Shown here piece after piece: positions 60,637 through 64,000 of a stretch of 64,000 nucleotides of DNA. Position numbers and translations under genes: made by a program. The notes below the pieces were generated by a model that did no database searches, was not told the DNA's origin, and saw nothing but the letters and a program-made list of their open reading frames with translations. This stretch comes from Pseudomonadota bacterium (GTDB taxonomy: Bacteria; Pseudomonadota; Alphaproteobacteria; Caulobacterales; Caulobacteraceae). The stretch lies in the NCBI GenBank assembly GCA_023433585.1, contig JAEZCL010000098.1:3661-67660 (forward strand), in the 5' to 3' direction. Numbering within the stretch: position 1 is the first letter of the stretch; the number at the start of each line of letters is the position of its first letter.

Positions 60637-62435
60637 GCGCCCTTCTTCCGGATGTAGCGGTCGATGAACGTGTCGATCGGGTTGTCGGCCTTGAAGCGGT
60701 GCATGATGACGTACTGCTGGATGATCGACAGGATGTTGTTCCACGCCCAGTACAGCAGCAGGCCCGCCGCGAACGGCGCCATGATGAAGGTGAACACGAT
60801 CGGCATCAGGCCGAAGATGCGCCGTTGCATCGGATCGGGCGGCGGCGGGTTCATGGCCATCTGCAGCCACATGGTGAAGCCGTAGATGATGGCCAGGACG
60901 CTCAGCGACAGGGTGAAGCCGCCCATGCCGGTGTGCGACACCCCGATCAGCCCGCCGATCAGCGGGACCGACGCCGGGTCCCAGGGAATCAGGCCGAACA
61001 GGTTCCAGATGTTCGTGGGGTCGCGGGCGGACAGATCCTGGATCCAGCCGAAGAACGGCGCGTGGCGCATTTCGATGGTGACGAACAGCACCTTGTAGAG
61101 CGCATAGAACACCGGAATCTGCAGCACGATGGGCAGGCAGCCGGCCAGCGGATTGATCTTTTCCCGCTGATAGAGCGCCATCATCTCCTGCTGCTGCTTC
61201 TGCGGGTCCGATCCGTGCTTCTTCTTGATCTCCTCCATCTTGGGAGCCAGCAGCCGCATCTTGGACAGGCTCTCGTAGCTCTTGTTCGCCAGCGGGAAGA
61301 GCAGCAGCTTGATGACGACGGTCAGAAGCAGGATGGCCACGCCGAAATTGCCCACCAGGCCGTAGAACCACTCCACCACCAGGAAGATGGGCCGGGTCAG
61401 GAACCAGAACATGCCCCAGTCGATGGCCTGGTCGAAACGCGGGATCCCCAGCGACTGCTCGTAGCCGCGCAGGATCTCGGCCCGCTTGGCTCCGGCGAAC
61501 AGGCGCTGGGTCTCGGTGATCTGGCGGCCCGGATTGATGACGCGGGACGCGCCCATGATGTTGGCTTCGTGGATGTTGATGTCGCCGACCGAGCGGACGC
61601 GCAGCTCGGCGTCCACGCCTTCGTTCTGGTCGGGCAGCAGGGCCGCCAGCCAGTATTTGTCGGTGATGCCCAGCCAGCCGCCGACGGACTCGTAGCTGAT
61701 GCGCGGATCCTTGGCCCAGTCCTTGTACTTCTCCAGGCGCAGGCGGTCGTCCAGCACGCCCACAGCGCCTTCATGCAGGATGAAATAGCGGCCCAGGTCG
61801 GCGGGCACCCCATGACGTTGCACCGTGCCGTAGGGCCGCAGGGTGACCGGCTGGGTTCCCAGGTTGGCCACCGTGTCGGTCAGGGTGAAGACATACTGCT
61901 CATCCACCTCGATGCGGCGGGTGAAGCGCAGACCTTCTCCATTGTCATAGGTCAGGGTGATCGGCGCGCCGGGCGCCAGGGTGGAGCCTTCCGTCAGGGT
62001 CCAGTCGGTGTTGGGCCCCGGAATCCCCGGCACGTTCTGACCGACCCAGCCGAACTGGGCGAAATAGGCGTGGTCCGCGCCCTGGGGCCGGAACAGCTCG
62101 ACCGGATCATCCCCGTCCAGGGTCTCGCGGTAGCTGGTCAGGTAAAGGTCGTCGATGCGCGCGCCCTGAAGCGACAGGGACCCGGACAGGGTCGGGGTGC
62201 TGATCGGCACCCGCGGTCCCGAGGCCAGGGCCGTGCGCCGGTCGGTGAACACCGCCGTTTCGGGCCTGAGCGCCGTGGGGGCGGAGCCGACGTCCGTTTC
62301 GCCGGCGGCGATGGCCGGCTGGGCCGCGCGCTGGCGCTGCGCCGTCGGCTCCAGCACGAAGAACTGGTAGAGAAGCAGGATCGCCACGGTGCACACGATG
62401 AACAGGATCGTGTTGCGGGTGCTCTCGTTCTGCAT
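60633..62435 (-). CDS. yidC: Membrane protein insertase
   Basis: [17 protein letters not shown] and QIPVFYALY motifs. Confidence 0.96.
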   Translation of the reverse strand: MQNESTRNTILFIVCTVAILLLYQFFVLEPTAQRQRAAQPAIAAGETDVGSAPTALRPETAVFTDRRTALASGPRVPISTPTLSGSLSLQGARIDDLYLTSYRETLDGDDPVELFRPQGADHAYFAQFGWVGQNVPGIPGPNTDWTLTEGSTLAPGAPITLTYDNGEGLRFTRRIEVDEQYVFTLTDTVANLGTQPVTLRPYGTVQRHGVPADLGRYFILHEGAVGVLDDRLRLEKYKDWAKDPRISYESVGGWLGITDKYWLAALLPDQNEGVDAELRVRSVGDINIHEANIMGASRVINPGRQITETQRLFAGAKRAEILRGYEQSLGIPRFDQAIDWGMFWFLTRPIFLVVEWFYGLVGNFGVAILLLTVVIKLLLFPLANKSYESLSKMRLLAPKMEEIKKKHGSDPQKQQQEMMALYQREKINPLAGCLPIVLQIPVFYALYKVLFVTIEMRHAPFFGWIQDLSARDPTNIWNLFGLIPWDPASVPLIGGLIGVSHTGMGGFTLSLSVLAIIYGFTMWLQMAMNPPPPDPMQRRIFGLMPIVFTFIMAPFAAGLLLYWAWNNILSIIQQYVIMHRFKADNPIDTFIDRYIRKKGA

Positions 62436-62438
62436 GGG

Positions 62439-62876
62439 TCAGCGGTCCTGGCCGAAAGGGTCGGGGGTCGAGATTTGCGGAGCATCGGGCTCCGACGGGG
62501 CGGCCAGGGGCGCGGGCGCCGGGCCGGAACTGGGCGCGAGCCTTATCAGCGCGCTTTTCACATCGTCAAGCAAACGCGCCCATGGGCGGTCTCCCGTCCC
62601 CTGACGGGCGATGAGGACATAGTCGTGGCCGGGGCGCCCGTGGAGCGGCACAAGCGCCCGCGCGGCCTCGCGCAGGCGGCGCTTGGCCCGGTTCCTGACC
62701 ACCGCCCCGCCGATCCTCCGGGTGGCGGTGAATCCGACCCGCACGGCCGGGTCGCCATCGCCCCGGTCCAGCGCCTGGACCACCACCGCGCCCGAGGCCT
62801 TTGAAACGCCTTTCGCGGCCGCCAGTAACTGGGGCCGCGATTTCAGGCGTTCGATTCTGAACGGGGTGTCCGTCAT
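62439..62876 (-). CDS. rnpA: Ribonuclease P protein component
   Basis: RVGFTA..GGAVVRNRAKRRLR motif; lies between rpmH and yidC. Confidence 0.95.
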   Translation of the reverse strand: MTDTPFRIERLKSRPQLLAAAKGVSKASGAVVVQALDRGDGDPAVRVGFTATRRIGGAVVRNRAKRRLREAARALVPLHGRPGHDYVLIARQGTGDRPWARLLDDVKSALIRLAPSSGPAPAPLAAPSEPDAPQISTPDPFGQDR

Positions 62877-62896
62877 GCGCCCGAAAGCGCGGGCGC

Positions 62897-63031
62897 TTAC
62901 GCCGTCAGGCGCTTGCGGCCCTTGGCGCGGCGGCGCGCGACGATCTTCTGGCCGTTCTTGGTGGCCATCCGCGAACGGAAGCCGTGACGGCGCTTGCGCA
63001 CGAGTCGGGACGGCTGATAGGTCCGCTTCAC
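62897..63031 (-). CDS. rpmH: 50S ribosomal protein L34
   Basis: Manual translation [47 protein letters not shown] start. Confidence 0.97.
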   Translation of the reverse strand: MKRTYQPSRLVRKRRHGFRSRMATKNGQKIVARRRAKGRKRLTA

Positions 63032-63184
63032 GATAAGGCTCCGGCAATCAGGGTTGTGCGGGCGAAACAGGTCCGCCGCAGGAAGGGCGGGCGTATAGGG
63101 CGGCGCGGCGTCGGAGTCAACGCCGAACCGGCCCGGCGACCGCCTTACGTCCTCATGGCCGCCTCAGGGAAAGCATGACCCGCA

Positions 63185-63919
63185 ATGGAGAAACGCACGA
63201 TCAGGGGCTGGGTCGTCCGCCTTCTGCCCCTGGCGGCGGTGGCGGTCCTGGCCGGGATCATCCTGGGCGCGGGCTGGAACCGCTATCTGTCGCTGGACAC
63301 CCTCAAGGATCACGGCGAGGTGCTGCAGGCCTTCGTCGCCGACCATTATCTGGCGACCCTGATCGGCCTGATCCTGCTGTTCGCCCTTCTGACCGCCAGC
63401 GTCATTCCCGGCGTGTTCTTCCTCACCGTGACGGCGGGATACCTGTTCGGAACCTGGGTGGGCGGGCTCGCCACCGTGCTGGGCGCCACGCTGGGCGCCC
63501 TGGTGATCTATGCGGCCGGCCGTTCGGCCCTGGGCGACGTCCTGCGCCGGCGCGCGGCGGCCAGGGCCGGCCTGATCCAGCGCGTGTGCGAAGGGGTGGA
63601 CCGGCACACCTTCCAGTATGTTCTGGTCTCGCGCCTGGTGGTCACCGTGCCGTTCCACCTCATCAACATGGCCGCCGGGGTCGTCTCGGCCCCGCTGAAG
63701 CCCTATCTGGCGGCCACCTTCATCGGTCTCTTGCCCGCGCATTTCATCTATTGCTGGATCGGAGACGGACTGAACGACATCCTGTCGGTCAACGAGGATC
63801 CCGATCTCCGGGCGCTGTTCAATGAGTTCGCATGGCCGCTGATGGGCGTCGCCTTCCTGGCTCTGGTGCTGCCGCTGATCGTGCGCGGGCTGCGCGGCCG
63901 CGCGCCGGGAACGGCGTGA
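63185..63919 (+). CDS. TVP38/TMEM64 (DedA/VTT domain) membrane protein
   Basis: GYLFGTWVGG..GATLGA and RLVVTVPFHLIN motifs. Confidence 0.88.
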   Translation: MEKRTIRGWVVRLLPLAAVAVLAGIILGAGWNRYLSLDTLKDHGEVLQAFVADHYLATLIGLILLFALLTASVIPGVFFLTVTAGYLFGTWVGGLATVLGATLGALVIYAAGRSALGDVLRRRAAARAGLIQRVCEGVDRHTFQYVLVSRLVVTVPFHLINMAAGVVSAPLKPYLAATFIGLLPAHFIYCWIGDGLNDILSVNEDPDLRALFNEFAWPLMGVAFLALVLPLIVRGLRGRAPGTA

Positions 63920-64000
63920 TGCGCCTCACCCTGCCTCGTCCCGTGCGGTTCCGTCTCAGGGGGCCGGACGGGCTGTCCGCGCGCCTGCTGCTGCTGACCG
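63919..64000 (+). CDS. Partial gene, probably a sensor histidine kinase N-terminus
   Basis: TGATG overlap with the previous gene; MRLTLPRPVRFRLRGPDGLSARLLLLT; truncated by the window edge. Confidence 0.5.
   Translation, partial: MRLTLPRPVRFRLRGPDGLSARLLLLT

Noticed and set aside
62435..62900. Missing yidD between rnpA and yidC
   Set aside because: yidD position is variable in alphaproteobacteria, so this is not informative

Overview
High-GC alphaproteobacterial chromosome segment, most like Caulobacteraceae (Brevundimonas-type); the taxonomy is inferred from gene content, protein style and CIR-like repeats. It is mostly housekeeping: kdsD/kdsB, nrdB, metK, gluQ, cysS, folE, lepA, truA-fmt-polA, trmB-dapD-argB and engB-yidC-rnpA-rpmH. 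Accessory blocks are an RND efflux pair, a DUF3883/dinD islet at the lepA 3' end, an ArsR-linked membrane-protein/desaturase operon and a 7-gene glycoside 3-dehydrogenase (3-keto-glycoside) cluster. The best candidates for something undescribed are: (1) a ~380-nt densely structured non-coding RNA candidate at ~4890-5270, preceded by a long perfect palindrome, DnaA-box-like and GANTC sites; (2) two 196-bp MITE-like elements whose outer ends are co-oriented but whose 74-bp core is inverted between copies; (3) a TRIC-family gene with two in-frame stops; (4) back-to-back EcfG/sigmaT-type promoters, one driving an unlisted 46-aa ORF. I saw no rRNA, tRNA, CRISPR array or transposase. Gene calls come from motif recognition only, with no database searches, and start codons are my best estimates.
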